Part shown: positions 11,106 through 23,172 of the stretch, piece after piece
How the letters are laid out: each line of letters starts with the position of its first letter
How positions within the stretch are numbered: position 1 is the stretch's first letter
From: Candidatus Latescibacterota bacterium
Lineage (GTDB): Bacteria > Krumholzibacteriota > Krumholzibacteriia > WVZY01 > JAKEHA01
Assembly (NCBI GenBank): GCA_963707635.1
Contig: OY970173.1
Span: 2,528,001-2,592,000 of the forward strand
Length of the DNA stretch: 64,000 nucleotides
Reading direction: 5' to 3'
Notes under the pieces: model-generated
The model's input: the letters and a program-made list of their open reading frames with translations, nothing else
Database searches by the model: none
What the model was told of the DNA's origin: nothing
Position numbers and translations under genes: made by a program

Positions 11106-11430
11106 ACGTATTCCCCCATCGTTGCTGAGAAGGAATGTGAATACGCGAAACCCAATTTATTCACTGCATCGCTTCGCTGGGGCGCAGCGTCGCGTGGACA
11201 TCGGCGGCGAGGAACCTTTCTGAAACGACTCCCACTCCACCTCCTAGTCCGTTTCAGGAACGGGCCGTTCACTACCGTCGGTCGGTCAGGTGTCGGGTTA
11301 CTACTTAACACCAACGGTGGTCGGCTTCAAAGAACGCCGGTACTCGCGCGTCCCAACAAGAGATGAAGTCATGCAAGAGGTCGGGCGGCTGTCCACCCTG
11401 ATATGACCCTCTGCCCCTAGTCCGGAAAGA

Positions 11431-11460
11431 AGGTTACCACAGGTCTTTACCGGGTGTCAA
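11431..11460 (-). promoter_or_regulatory. Putative sigma70 promoter about 320 nt upstream of the 1037-aa gene
   Basis: Minus strand TTGACA-N18-TAACCT with TG upstream of the -10. Confidence 0.55.
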
Positions 11461-11528
11461 CGGGTATATCCAGTCCCGGGTTGGTCGCGTGGGGGCGCGG
11501 GCGCCGATTTGGCGGAAGGCCGCCTCGG

Positions 11529-13706
11529 TCAGGCCGCCGGGGTGGGGCCCTGCTCGACGATGGCGAGGAAGTCGGCGTAGCGGCCAAACAGCGTGTAGAC
11601 CGCCGCCAGCAGGCCGTGGCGGTTGGCGCGGACCGCGGGGTCGTTACAATTGACCAGCACCCGCTCGAAGTAGGCGTCGATGGGGTCGGCCAGCCTGGAC
11701 AGGGCCCGGAGAACGGCCCCGGCGTCCGCCCGCGCCTCGGCCTCGCCGACCTCGTCCAGCGTTGAGCGGGTTCGGGCCAGCACGTCGGCTTCGACCGGGT
11801 CCTGGAACCGCTCCTCCGAAAACGACCCCAGCTCACCCGTCCCCGCCAGCCCGGCGCGGATGTCCTCGAGACTGACGCCGAGCCGGCGCTCTTCCTTCGC
11901 CAGGATGTTCCCCACCCGCCGCACACCGGTCACCAGCCGTTCGAAGCGAGGGTCGCCCCGGAGGGCTGCGATGGCGCGCGCGCGGTAGAGCGCCACCGCG
12001 GGTTGCGCCCATCCCGCCGACATGACCGCCGCCGCCACGTCGAACGGGACCGCGTTCTCCCGAAGAAAGGCTTCCACCCGGGCGCGCAGAAACTCGGCGA
12101 CCTCCGCCCCGATCCGCTGCTCCTGCCAGCGTGCGCGCAGCTGGTCGCGGTCGAGCACCGACCCGTAGCTGCGAGCCGACAATTCGAGGATTTCGTCGAG
12201 ACGCGCGCCCGCGAGCTCGGCGGCAATGCGGACGAGGCCGTTCGCGCTGCGTCGGATCGCGAACGGATCCTGCGAGCCGGTCGGCTTCTGCCCGGAAAGA
12301 AACGACCCCACGATGGTGTCGAACCGGTCCGCGATCCCGAGCACGCGCGCGAGTGTCGTGGCGGGCAGCGCGTCGCCGGCGGCCCGCGGCGCGTAGTGGT
12401 CACGAATCGCGCCCGCCACCGCGGCGTCCTCGCCGGCGGCCCCGGCGTAGTGGGCGCCGATGATGCCCTGGAGCGCGGTGAACTCCTTGCCGTCGCGGAT
12501 CATGGTGCTGGCCAGGTCCGCCTTCGCGAGACGGGCGGCGCGCGCGAGCAGCCGGTCGTCGACCTGCGCGGCGGCGGGCAGGCGCGCGTTCACTTCCCTC
12601 GCCACCTCGAGCACGCGGCGCCATTTCTGACCCACGCTGCCGAGTCCCTCGATGAACACGATCCGGTCCAGCTCGTCGGAGAGCGCTTCGACCCCGCGTT
12701 TCGAGTCCTCGCGCCAGTAGAACTCCGCGTCCTCGAGGCGCGCTCGCAGGACCCGCTCGTTGCCGCGCACCACCTCGGCGGCGCCCTTCACGGGGCCGTC
12801 GGTAAAGGTCACGAAGCGCGGCACCAGCGCTCCGCGCGAATCCGCGAGCGCGACGTAGCGCTGGTGGGCCCGCATCGCCGTCACGATCACCTGCGGCGGG
12901 AGGTCCAGATAGCGGCGGTCGAATTCCCCCACCAGCACGCGCGGGTCTTCGAGCATGAACGCGAGCTCGGTCAGGAGGTCGTCGTCTTCTATTACGTCGA
13001 GCCGGTTCGCCGCGGCCGCGCGCCGCGCCAGCGCGCCGATGCGGCTCCGGCGCTCGTCGTGGTCCAGGACCACGCCCAGCGATTTCACGCGCGAAACATA
13101 CGCGCGCGCATCCGGGATCGACAGCCGCTCGTCGCGCATCCACGGGCGGGCGCAGGTCACGCGCCCGCTGGCGACCCCCCCGAACGAGAACGGGACCACC
13201 TCCGCGCCATACAATGCCACGATCCATCGTACCGGGCGCGCGAAGCGCGCGCCCCCCGCCTCCCATTTCATGCTCTTAGGGAATTTGAGATTCGCGATCA
13301 ACGCCGGCAGTTCCTCGCGCAGCACCGCCGCGGTCTTCCTGCGGGCGAGTTGCCGGCGCACGGCGAGGTACTCGCCGCGGGGCGTGGTCACCCGCTGGAG
13401 TGAGGCGACCTCGACCCCCTGCGCGCGGGCGAATCCCTCCGCTGCCGGCGCGGGGCGGCCGTCCTCGAGAAACGCCTTGGAAACCGGGGGGCCGGTGGCC
13501 ACTTCCTCGCCCTCCGCCTGCCGGTCGGCGACGCCGCGCGCCAGCAGCACCAGCCGCCGGGGCGTGCCCGTAGTGTACAGTTCACTATGAACAATCCGCC
13601 CGCGCGCCAGCAACGCGGACGCGTCGGCGGCGAGCTGAGCGATCGCCGGCGATACGTACGACGCGGGGAGGTTCTCGGCGCCGACTTCCAGCACGAACTC
13701 GCTCAC
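11529..13706 (-). CDS. glyS: Glycine--tRNA ligase beta subunit
   Basis: GTG at 13706 overlaps the glyQ stop; [65 protein letters not shown]. Confidence 0.95.
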   Translation of the reverse strand: MSEFVLEVGAENLPASYVSPAIAQLAADASALLARGRIVHSELYTTGTPRRLVLLARGVADRQAEGEEVATGPPVSKAFLEDGRPAPAAEGFARAQGVEVASLQRVTTPRGEYLAVRRQLARRKTAAVLREELPALIANLKFPKSMKWEAGGARFARPVRWIVALYGAEVVPFSFGGVASGRVTCARPWMRDERLSIPDARAYVSRVKSLGVVLDHDERRSRIGALARRAAAANRLDVIEDDDLLTELAFMLEDPRVLVGEFDRRYLDLPPQVIVTAMRAHQRYVALADSRGALVPRFVTFTDGPVKGAAEVVRGNERVLRARLEDAEFYWREDSKRGVEALSDELDRIVFIEGLGSVGQKWRRVLEVAREVNARLPAAAQVDDRLLARAARLAKADLASTMIRDGKEFTALQGIIGAHYAGAAGEDAAVAGAIRDHYAPRAAGDALPATTLARVLGIADRFDTIVGSFLSGQKPTGSQDPFAIRRSANGLVRIAAELAGARLDEILELSARSYGSVLDRDQLRARWQEQRIGAEVAEFLRARVEAFLRENAVPFDVAAAVMSAGWAQPAVALYRARAIAALRGDPRFERLVTGVRRVGNILAKEERRLGVSLEDIRAGLAGTGELGSFSEERFQDPVEADVLARTRSTLDEVGEAEARADAGAVLRALSRLADPIDAYFERVLVNCNDPAVRANRHGLLAAVYTLFGRYADFLAIVEQGPTPAA

Positions 13707-14680
13707 GCGCGCCTCTTCCCCGGTCGGCGCGGCGGCGCGGCCGCGCGAAAGGCCTTGGCCCCGGCGCGCGCGAGCAGCGGAAACCCGAGCGCCTCTCGCT
13801 TCTCGACGTACGCCACCGCGACCTTGCGCGCGAGCGCGCGGATGCGTCCGATGTAGGTGGTGCGCTCGGTGACGCTGATGGCACCGCGGGCGTCGAGCAG
13901 GTTGAACACGTGGGAGAGTTTCACCACGTAATCGTACGCGGGCAGCACCAGCCTCGCGGCGAGCATCGTCCCCGCTTCGCGCTCGTAGTCCTGGAACAGA
14001 CGGAAGTACATCTCCGCGTTGGCCCGCTCGAAGTGAAACGCGGAGAACTCCTGCTCGGCCTGGAGATTCATCTCGCCCCACGAGACCCCGGGCGCCCACT
14101 CCACCTCCAGCACCGAGTCGACCCGCTGCAGGTACAGGCACAGGCGCAAGAGCCCGTACGTGATCTCGGCCGTGACCGGTTCGAGCTCGAGCGAGCCCGC
14201 CTGCTGGAAGTACGTGAACTGCGTGATCTCCATCCCGTCCATCCAGATTTCCCACCCGAGTCCCGACGCCCCGAGCGTGGGCGCCTCCCAGTCGTCCTCC
14301 ACCAGGCGGATGTCGTGGCGGCCGGGGTCGATGCCGATGGCGCGCAGACTTTCAATGTAGAGCGCGAGCACGTCGTCCGGCGGCGGCTTGAGCACGACCT
14401 GGTACTGGAGGAACTGCTGCACGCGATTCGGATTCTCTCCGTAGCGACCGTCGCGCGGTCGCTTCGAGGGCTCGACGTACGCCGCGCGCCAGGGCTCCGG
14501 GCCCAGGACGCGCAGGAAGGTGGCGGGGTTTAAGGTGCCGGCGCCGACCTCGGAGTTGTACGGCTGCACCAGCACGCACCCCTGCCGCGCCCAGAATTCG
14601 CCGAGGCGGGCGATGATCTCCTGCTTGGTGGGAGCCGACGCCGGCGCGGGCGTCGGGCGTTTGCGTGCACGCGGGGTCAA
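13703..14680 (-). CDS. glyQ: Glycine--tRNA ligase alpha subunit
   Basis: [55 protein letters not shown]. Confidence 0.95.
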   Translation of the reverse strand: MTPRARKRPTPAPASAPTKQEIIARLGEFWARQGCVLVQPYNSEVGAGTLNPATFLRVLGPEPWRAAYVEPSKRPRDGRYGENPNRVQQFLQYQVVLKPPPDDVLALYIESLRAIGIDPGRHDIRLVEDDWEAPTLGASGLGWEIWMDGMEITQFTYFQQAGSLELEPVTAEITYGLLRLCLYLQRVDSVLEVEWAPGVSWGEMNLQAEQEFSAFHFERANAEMYFRLFQDYEREAGTMLAARLVLPAYDYVVKLSHVFNLLDARGAISVTERTTYIGRIRALARKVAVAYVEKREALGFPLLARAGAKAFRAAAPPRRPGKRRA

Positions 14681-14729
14681 CGAGGTCCTTTCGGGAGTCG
14701 GCCCGTCGCGCGACGCGCGACGATCACGT

Positions 14730-15464
14730 TCATATGAGGCTCAACGAGCGGGGCAGGTGGTACCCCTGGACGTGGTACGTATAGGTCCAGTGCACGAGCC
14801 TGCCCAGCTCCTTTCGCACGCCCTTGGAGACGGCCTCGCCGGCGATCGCCGGGTAGGACGCGGTCGCGCACCGCGCCGCCGCGGAGACCACGTCGGCGGT
14901 CAGCGAGACCGACTCCGCCATCGGCGCGCGGTGCTCGGCGCAGAAACTCACTCCGTCGCGCGGGCTGTACAACCCGTCTTCCGGCGCCGCGCCGCAGTGC
15001 ACGCACGCCACCGTGTCGGGGGAGAGGCCGAGTGCCGCGAGGAGTTTGATCGCGAACGCGAGAAACACGAGCATCGGGTCCGCCCCCTTCGCCGCCGACA
15101 GGAATTCCGACGCGGTGTCCACGACCGCGTCGTCGAGGCTGGCGCCGGGCACGCACACCTGGTTGAGCAGTTCGAGCGCGGCCAGGTTCGCGGCCAGGTC
15201 CGGCAGCGAATCGCGCTCCACCGGCGACTTCCCCAGCAGCGACGCCTCCTTGAGATAGTGCGTCGCCTGCCCGTCGCGGTGGTAGCACACGATTTCGATC
15301 TCGTTGCCGGGCTCGAGCACCCCGCGCGTCGGGTGCTTCGTGCTCATGGCACCCTTGGCCAGCAGCCGGACCTTGCCGCTGCGGCGCCCCAGGAAGAGGA
15401 CCGTGAGACTCGTCTCTCCCGTGCGCCCGGTGGCGAGCACGATGCCGCTGTCCTTGATCAGCAT
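14730..15464 (-). CDS. recO: DNA repair protein RecO
   Basis: N-terminal OB-fold pattern (GIVL…GE…[10 protein letters not shown]), CxxC…C zinc knuckle, classic position next to glyQ/ybeY. Confidence 0.85.
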   Translation of the reverse strand: MLIKDSGIVLATGRTGETSLTVLFLGRRSGKVRLLAKGAMSTKHPTRGVLEPGNEIEIVCYHRDGQATHYLKEASLLGKSPVERDSLPDLAANLAALELLNQVCVPGASLDDAVVDTASEFLSAAKGADPMLVFLAFAIKLLAALGLSPDTVACVHCGAAPEDGLYSPRDGVSFCAEHRAPMAESVSLTADVVSAAARCATASYPAIAGEAVSKGVRKELGRLVHWTYTYHVQGYHLPRSLSLI

Positions 15465-15474
15465 AGGCCTCTCC

Positions 15475-16824
15475 TCAGTGGCTCCTAAGATAGGCCGACG
15501 CCAGCGAAAGGTAAATGGCCATCCCGATCACGTCGTTCGACACGGTGATGAACGGGCCGGTGGCGACGGCCGGGTCCACTTTCCACCGCTGCAGGAGGAG
15601 CGGCACCGACGACCCGATCAACGACGCGACCAGGATGGTCAGCATGAGCGACCCCCACAAGAGCGCGCCCAGCGCGGCGTCGCGACGCCACGCGTACACG
15701 AATGCGAACAGGAGCAGCCCCAGCGCGGTCCCGTTCAGAAACGCGACCTGCATCTCCTTGAGAACCCGCCGCCCGATGCGCAGGATGTTCGCCTGCCCGA
15801 GCGCGATCTCGCGCACCGCCACGATGGCCGCCTGCATGCCGTGGTTGCCGGCGGTGGCCACGATCAACGGGATGAAGAACGCGAGCACGACGTAGGTGGT
15901 CAGCGGCGCCTCGTAGCGGCTCATGATGAAGGCCCCCACCATTTCGCCGAAGAACCCCATGACCAGCCACGGCAGCCGGGTGCGCGACACCTTGAGAAAC
16001 GACGTCGCGCCGAACTCCTGGTCGCTGGTCCCCGCGATGCGGGTGATGTCCTCGGTCGCCTCCTCCTCGATGACATCGATGATGTCGTCCATGGTAATGC
16101 GCCCGACCAGCCGGTTCTCGGAATCGACCACCGGCATGATGAACTCGTCGTACTTCGAGAACATCGCCGCCACCCGCTCCTGGTCCATGTCGACGGGGAC
16201 GCTGACCACGTTGCGCTCCATCACGTCGCGCACGCGCGCGGCCGGGGAGCGCAGCACCAGGTCCAGGATCCCGAGGAACCCCACCAGCTGGCCGGACTCG
16301 TTGACCACGAAGACGCGCTGCGGGCTCTCGACCTCCGCCGCCACCGCGCGCACCACGCCGATGGCGTCCTGGACGGTCGCGTCCTCGCGCACCGACACGC
16401 GCTCGACCTGCATGAGTCCGCCCGCCGTGTCGGCGCCGAACTCGAGCAGCTCGTGGATCTCGGCGCGATCGCCGCTGGGGAGGAGTGCTTCGACCCGCTC
16501 GGTCTTCTCGGGCGACAGCGTGGACATCAGGTCCGCCGCGTCGTCGGACGGGAGCTCTTCGAGCAGCGAAACGACCTCGCGGTCGCTCAACTGCTGGAGC
16601 AGTGCGTGGCCGGCCTTCCCGTCGAGTTCGGTGAGCACCTCCGCGGCGCGCTGGGTGTGCAGCCGTTTCAGCACGAGGATCTGCCGCTCGGGCTCGAGCT
16701 CCTGCAGGATGTCGGCGATGTCGGCGGAATGCAGGGGAGCGAGAAACGCGTCGAGCCCGGCCAGGTCGCCGGAATCGATCAGCGCGCGCGCGCGGCCGAC
16801 GTCCTCGATGCGTGTCCGTTCCAT
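15475..16824 (-). CDS. mgtE: Magnesium transporter MgtE
   Basis: MgtE_N, TAGGLM, CBS pair, RLPWL, TAGNHG, KVDPAVATGPFITVSND. Confidence 0.93.
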   Translation of the reverse strand: MERTRIEDVGRARALIDSGDLAGLDAFLAPLHSADIADILQELEPERQILVLKRLHTQRAAEVLTELDGKAGHALLQQLSDREVVSLLEELPSDDAADLMSTLSPEKTERVEALLPSGDRAEIHELLEFGADTAGGLMQVERVSVREDATVQDAIGVVRAVAAEVESPQRVFVVNESGQLVGFLGILDLVLRSPAARVRDVMERNVVSVPVDMDQERVAAMFSKYDEFIMPVVDSENRLVGRITMDDIIDVIEEEATEDITRIAGTSDQEFGATSFLKVSRTRLPWLVMGFFGEMVGAFIMSRYEAPLTTYVVLAFFIPLIVATAGNHGMQAAIVAVREIALGQANILRIGRRVLKEMQVAFLNGTALGLLLFAFVYAWRRDAALGALLWGSLMLTILVASLIGSSVPLLLQRWKVDPAVATGPFITVSNDVIGMAIYLSLASAYLRSH

Positions 16825-16929
16825 AGGGCGGCATCGTAGGAGAGGGTGTGAACTCGTGGCAAGCGGGAGTTGGTCGAGCGCGGCGAACCGGCGAGATTCT
16901 CCGTCGCCGGGCGCGCGCGGCCGGCGGCG

Positions 16930-18189
16930 TCAGGCGTCTTCGCGGGTGACCGGCTCGGTGGAGGCCAGCCCCCGCACCAGCACGCGCACGATGCGCTGGC
17001 GCTCGACGGACTGGATCTCGAACCCCACCGGCCCCTCCATCCAGCGGTCGCCCACGCGCGGCACGCGCCCGATCTGGTGGTAGAGCAGTCCGGCCAGCGT
17101 GTCCGCCACGTCTTCGGCCAGCGAGAGACCGAGCACGTCGTTGAGTTCCTCGATGCGGACCCGTCCGCTGACCACGGCGGTGTCGCGGTCGAGGCGGCGC
17201 ACCAGTTCCTCTTCCGAGTCGAACTCGTCGCGGATGTCGCCCACCAGTTCCTCGATGACGTCCTCGAGCGTGATGATGCCCGCCGTGCCCCCGTACTCGT
17301 CGACGACGATGGCGAGGTGCTGGCGCCGGACCTTGAACTCGGTGAGGAGGTCGGTGATGCGCTTGCTCTCCGGCACGAAGAACGCCTCGCGCGCGAGCGT
17401 GCGGATCGAGAAGTCCTCGCCTCCGAGCACCTTCACCAGCAGGTCCTGCGTGTGCAGGGTGCCGATGATGCGGTCGATCGATCGTTCGTACACGGGGATG
17501 CGCGAATGCCCCGCCTCCATGATCACGGACAGGGCGTCTTCGCGCTCCATCGCGACGTCGAGGGCGACGATGTCGATGCGCGGGATCATGACCTCGCGCA
17601 CGCGGGTCTCGCCGAAGTCGGCGATGCTGGAGATGATGCGGTGTTCGGCGTCTTCGACCACCTCGCCGCCCCGCCCCGGCCGGGTCCCGAGCAGGCTGAT
17701 CTTTTCCGCGAGCGGAATCACCTCGAACGCGAACAGCCGCGGCAGCGCGGGCGACGCGCGGCCGAGCAGCTTCGTCGCCGCCACCGCCAGCGGGCGCAGC
17801 GCATACACGGTGGGGATGACGAGGAAGCCGACCGCGCGCAGCAGCGTTTCCGCGCCTTCCAGGGCGAGGGCGCGGGCGGCGAACCCGGGCAGCAGGATCG
17901 AGGCCGCCGCGAATACTCCGGAACCCAGCGCGCCGGCGTCGTGCACCAGCGCCACCGCCGAGACCACCACCAGCAGCACGGCCAGCGCGCGCCCGATCCC
18001 CAGCGCCACCCCGGTGTGCACCGGGTCTCCGATCGCTCGCGCGGCCAGCCAGTCCACGCCCGCGCCATCGTCGTGCTCGGGGCCGCGAACCGACAGCACG
18101 CCCAGCGCGGTGAGCGCCGCGCAATACGCGGAGAGGAAGACCACCGACGTCGCGTACAGGATGACTATCAGACCGGCGTCCATGCCCAT
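16930..18189 (-). CDS. HlyC/CorC (hemolysin-family) CBS-domain membrane protein
   Basis: N-terminal TM region, VREVMIPR, GHSRIPVY, VVDEYGGTAGIITLEDVIEELVGDIRDEFD, CorC_HlyC C-terminus. Confidence 0.9.
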   Translation of the reverse strand: MGMDAGLIVILYATSVVFLSAYCAALTALGVLSVRGPEHDDGAGVDWLAARAIGDPVHTGVALGIGRALAVLLVVVSAVALVHDAGALGSGVFAAASILLPGFAARALALEGAETLLRAVGFLVIPTVYALRPLAVAATKLLGRASPALPRLFAFEVIPLAEKISLLGTRPGRGGEVVEDAEHRIISSIADFGETRVREVMIPRIDIVALDVAMEREDALSVIMEAGHSRIPVYERSIDRIIGTLHTQDLLVKVLGGEDFSIRTLAREAFFVPESKRITDLLTEFKVRRQHLAIVVDEYGGTAGIITLEDVIEELVGDIRDEFDSEEELVRRLDRDTAVVSGRVRIEELNDVLGLSLAEDVADTLAGLLYHQIGRVPRVGDRWMEGPVGFEIQSVERQRIVRVLVRGLASTEPVTREDA

Positions 18190-18190
18190 T

Positions 18191-18661
18191 TCATCGTCCC
18201 GGGAACAACTCGCGCCACACGCGCGCGGGAAGAATCTGTTTGAGAACGAATCGCTCGCGGCGCTCCATGCGCGCCGCGCCGGCGTCGTCTTCGTGGTCGT
18301 ACCCCAGCACGTGCAGGAATCCGTGCACGACGATGCGCACTGCGAGGTCGCGCGTCTCCACCCCCAGCCGGCTGGCGTCGCGCGCGAGCGTCTGGTGCGA
18401 CACCACCACGTCGCCGATCGCTTCCGCGGCTTTCACCCGCCTGCCGTGCGTCCGGTAGGAAAACGACAGGACGTCGGTGGGCCGGTCTTTGCCCCGATAG
18501 CGGCGGTTGAGCCGGCGGATCGTGCGGTCGTCCACGATCATTACATTAATGGACGCCTCCGCGGGCGGGAGCAATGCCGCCGCCCGGCGCACGCGCGCCT
18601 TCCACGCGCGATCGATCCACCCTGGCGCGCGGCCGTCAGCCCGATTCAGCCAGACTCTCAC
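18191..18661 (-). CDS. ybeY: rRNA maturation endoribonuclease YbeY
   Basis: LNRRYRGKDRPTDVLSF and HGFLHVLGYDH. Confidence 0.95.
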   Translation of the reverse strand: MRVWLNRADGRAPGWIDRAWKARVRRAAALLPPAEASINVMIVDDRTIRRLNRRYRGKDRPTDVLSFSYRTHGRRVKAAEAIGDVVVSHQTLARDASRLGVETRDLAVRIVVHGFLHVLGYDHEDDAGAARMERRERFVLKQILPARVWRELFPGR

Positions 18662-20881
18662 GAATCGTCCTGTCGTCGTCGCGGGGCGGGGCCTCCTGCC
18701 CGGGGTAGGCCACGCGTCGGTGGTAGACGCTGGTCAGCATCGAAATCAGACGCTCGCGCACCACGCCGAGCTCGTGCAGCGTGATGCCGCTGTCGTCCAG
18801 CTCGCCCTCCGCCGCGCGCGCGTCGACCAGGCGCGCCACCATCGCGCGAATCTGCGCCGGCGTCGGGTCCCGCAGCGAGCGCACCGCCGCCTCCACGGTA
18901 TCGGCGCACATCAGGATCGCCGCCTCGCGCGAGCGCGGCCGCGGACCCGGGTAGCGAAAGTCGTCGCGGTTGACGCTGGTGTGCGAATCGGTCTCGAGCG
19001 CCTTCTGGTAGAAGTACGCCATCACGGTGGTGCCGTGGTGCTCGCGGATTCCTTCTACGATCACCTCCGGCAGCTTCTCCTGGCGCGCGAGCTCGACGCC
19101 GTCCTTGACGTGCGAAACCAGGATCAAGGCGCTCATCTGCGCGGTGATCTTCTCGTGCTTGTTGAACCCGGGCTCCTGATTCTCCGCGAAGTACTCGGGC
19201 TTGAAGATCTTTCCGATGTCGTGATAGTACGCCATCACGCGCGCGCGCAGCGCGTCGGCACCGATCTCGGTGGCGATGGCATCCACCAGGTTGCCCAGCA
19301 GCATGGAATGGTGGTAGGTGCCCTGCGCCTCCATGTTGAGGCGCTTCAGGATCGGCTTGTTGAGGTCGGTCAACTCGAGCAGCGTGAAGCGGGAGGTGCG
19401 GTTGAAGACCTGCTCGAACACCGGCAGCAGGAACACGGTTGCCACCGCGGTGAAGAGCCCGTTGACCGCTCCCCAGAAGGTCTGCGCCGGGATGGCGTGC
19501 CAGCCCGCGCGCGACCCGCCCTCGACCGCGACCGCGCCGAGCGCGTACGCGCCGGCCACGAACAGGAACACGGAATACCCCCGGCTGCGCGCGCGCATGC
19601 GCTCGATGCCCGCCACCCCCGCCGTGCCCGCGACCCAGGCGACGAACGCCGGGCCGACGCCGATCGGGGTGGCCAGCGGGAGCAGCGCGGCCGCGAACGC
19701 GCTGGTCGCCAGCCCCACGCGGAAATCGAACAGCGCCGCCAGCATCACCGCCGCGAAGGCAACCGGCGCCAGGTAGGCGCTCCACCCGAAGCGAACCAGC
19801 ACCGCCACCACCGCGAGGTACACGAGCAGGACCGCGAACACCGCCGCCAGGTGCGACAAACTGGCGTAGACCGGGCGATTGAAAACCGCCAGGTAGACAC
19901 CGAACAAGAGGCACAGCAGTCCCACGCGCAACGCCTGCGCGGCGAACACGCCCGCCACCGCCTGCGGCGAGCGGTCGGGGCCGCGCGCGGCCCGCGCCTC
20001 CTCCAGCGCGCGCAGCGCGGCTTCCTGCTCCCGGGTGACGCGCTCGTTCTGCGCGACCAGGCGCTCGCCGCCCGCCACTTCGAAGTACGTCTTCACCGCG
20101 GCGGACGCGGCCTCGCGCCGGTGATTGGTCTCGTCGACGTCGAAGACCAGGTTCGGGAGCACGTGCCCGCGCACCAGCTCGAAGAAGACCCTCCCCCGCG
20201 CGGATGCGTCGGCGAAGCGCGCGCGCGCCTCGGCACGCACCGTCTCGTCGAGCTGGCGCTGGTCGACCACGTCGGCCGCGCGCCGCCGCTGCTCGCCACC
20301 GCTTTCGACCACGACGATGTCGCGGAAATCGTTGCGCCGCAGCACCGAGGCGTTGTCGACCACGCCGCGCGCGAACAGGTCGCGCTGGCACTCACGAATC
20401 TCCGAGCGCATCGCCGAGAAGCCGTCGGGCGAGAGGGCGACCCGGAGCTGGTCGCGCGAAATCCCCGGGAGCCACGGCGCTGCGCGCTCGGCCCGCGCGT
20501 CGTCGTCGAGGCCGCGCGCGTACACCGCGGCCGAGACCGTGTCGAGCAGCGCGGCGAGGTCGGCCGCGAGGTCGCGCTCGACGTCGCGGCGACGCTGGAA
20601 CACCGGGGACACCGACAGGGCCGCGCGCGCCCTGGCGACTTGCAGCTCGTCGCGCGAGAGCGGGACTCGAAACGAGTGGGGGGCGACGACGTCGCGATCG
20701 GCCACCTCGCCCGCGTGGAAGCCGGGTGAGACGCGCCCGCGCACCGGGGGGAGCAGGACGACCACCATCAGCGTGAACGCCAGCGCCAGCAGCACGCGCG
20801 CCCCGGCGGCCCGGCGGCGCCCCGCGCCGTCGCCCGCGGCGACGTGGTTGCGGACCCGGAGCAGGCGGGTGAGCGGGTTGT

Positions 20882-20885
<4 letters not shown>
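18636..20885 (-). CDS. 7TM-HD (HDIG) phosphohydrolase, PgpH-like
   Basis: Extracellular domain, multi-TM region, EAQGTYHHS, YYHDIGK, YFAENQ, HHGTT, FRYPGPRP, ADTVEAA; located between phoH and ybeY. Confidence 0.9.
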
Positions 20886-21865
<980 letters not shown>

Positions 21866-21988
21866 TCGTCACGCACCTCCTGTCGCCAAACCGCTTCGGT
21901 CCACGACCGACCAGCCTTCGACCATGGACCCCTTCCCCGGGGGAGCGGTGTCAAAATATAGGCCAGAAAGCGCGCCCGCGCCAAGCAG

Positions 21989-22684
21989 CTAGCGCGGGAT
22001 GGTGAGCACGATCCCGGGCTCCAGGTTGGTCGGGTCCTGGACCTTGTCCTTGTTGGCCTCGTAGAGGCGCACCCACGCGGCCGGATCGCCGTACACTTCC
22101 CAGTAACCGGCGATCGTCTCCAGCGTTTCGAAGGGCAGGACCACGTGCTCGGAAGGCAGCTCGCGCGGAATCGCCAGCGTCATGTTGGGATAGATCCAGA
22201 CCGGGTCTTCGATCTTGTCGAGGTTGGCCCGGTAAATTCGTGGCCACTTGGTCCAGTCGGCGTAGATCTCGTCGCGCTCCGCGATGATCGAAAGACAGTC
22301 GAGTTCCTTGACCGTGTATTCCTTGGGCAGCTGCTCGAGCGCGTTGACCTGCTGCGTCAGCGTCCGGATCTCGGCGTCCGTGCGCAGGACCTCTTTCTCC
22401 ACCGGCGTGATCTGATTGCGCAGCGATTCGACCTGCTTGCGCGCCTCCACCAGCTCCGCCTGCCTCGCCTCGACGTCGCCCTGGATCCGGTTGCGCTCGG
22501 TCTCCAGCGCCCGGCAGTACGCCGATTTCTCCGAATTGGACAGCGCCGTGAACTCGTCTTCCGAGTAGTACTCGCCCGCCTTCACGTCGACGGTGCGCCC
22601 CGTGGTCTTGCTGCAACCGCACAGCCCGGCGAATCCGCCCACGGCGATCGCCCCCACGACGCTCATCTTCGCCACCCGGCGCAT
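21989..22684 (-). CDS. Lipoprotein with coiled coil and two LysM domains
   Basis: Lipobox …GLCG-C; coiled-coil middle; YTVKELDCLSIIA…IYRANLDKIEDP…LAIPR repeated twice. Confidence 0.85.
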   Translation of the reverse strand: MRRVAKMSVVGAIAVGGFAGLCGCSKTTGRTVDVKAGEYYSEDEFTALSNSEKSAYCRALETERNRIQGDVEARQAELVEARKQVESLRNQITPVEKEVLRTDAEIRTLTQQVNALEQLPKEYTVKELDCLSIIAERDEIYADWTKWPRIYRANLDKIEDPVWIYPNMTLAIPRELPSEHVVLPFETLETIAGYWEVYGDPAAWVRLYEANKDKVQDPTNLEPGIVLTIPR

Positions 22685-22687
22685 GGA

Positions 22688-23041
22688 CTACGAGGACTCC
22701 TTCTTCGGGGTGGCCGGCTTCGCCTCGGCGGGCTTCTTTTCGGTGCGGCCGCTGCCCTGCTTGAGTAGCTCGAGACGGCGGCGGAGCTCGTCCGGCCTGG
22801 GTTTCTTCGTCTCCAGGTCGGCCTGCTTGGCGGCCAGGTCGTCGGTCAGACGCTTGACGCGGTCCTGGACCCCGGCCAGGTCCTTCTCGACCACCGTGAG
22901 GTCTTCTTTCAGTTCCTCGATCTCGACCGGCGAGACGTTGCACGGCGCGACCCGGGTGCACCCCAAAAACAGCACCGCCGCCGCACACGCGACAAGCATA
23001 TGGAGCCGAGCGCGAAACTCGTAACGCAGGTTCATATTCAT
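22688..23041 (-). CDS. Small coiled-coil lipoprotein
   Basis: …AAVLFLG-C lipobox, heptad-rich body; operonic with the LysM gene. Confidence 0.7.
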   Translation of the reverse strand: MNMNLRYEFRARLHMLVACAAAVLFLGCTRVAPCNVSPVEIEELKEDLTVVEKDLAGVQDRVKRLTDDLAAKQADLETKKPRPDELRRRLELLKQGSGRTEKKPAEAKPATPKKESS

Positions 23042-23075
23042 ATGGTGGGGGTTGGAGGAAAACGGGAACCCCGGA

Positions 23076-23105
23076 ACCCTAACAACCTCCAGACGGGACT
23101 GTCAA
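23076..23105 (-). promoter_or_regulatory. Putative sigma70 promoter
   Basis: Minus strand TTGACA-N18-TAGGGT. Confidence 0.5.
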
Positions 23106-23172
23106 GGGGCGTTCGAATCGCGGGTCCTGTCGCCGACAGCCCGGTGCGGCTCGCTTCGTCCGCGCCTGCGCA

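Noticed and set aside
13707..14255. N-terminal extensions of glyS (also aspS, hisS, ntrX, rlmN, lpxH) in the ORF track
   Set aside because: They overlap neighbouring genes or promoters; family homology starts at the downstream codons used here.
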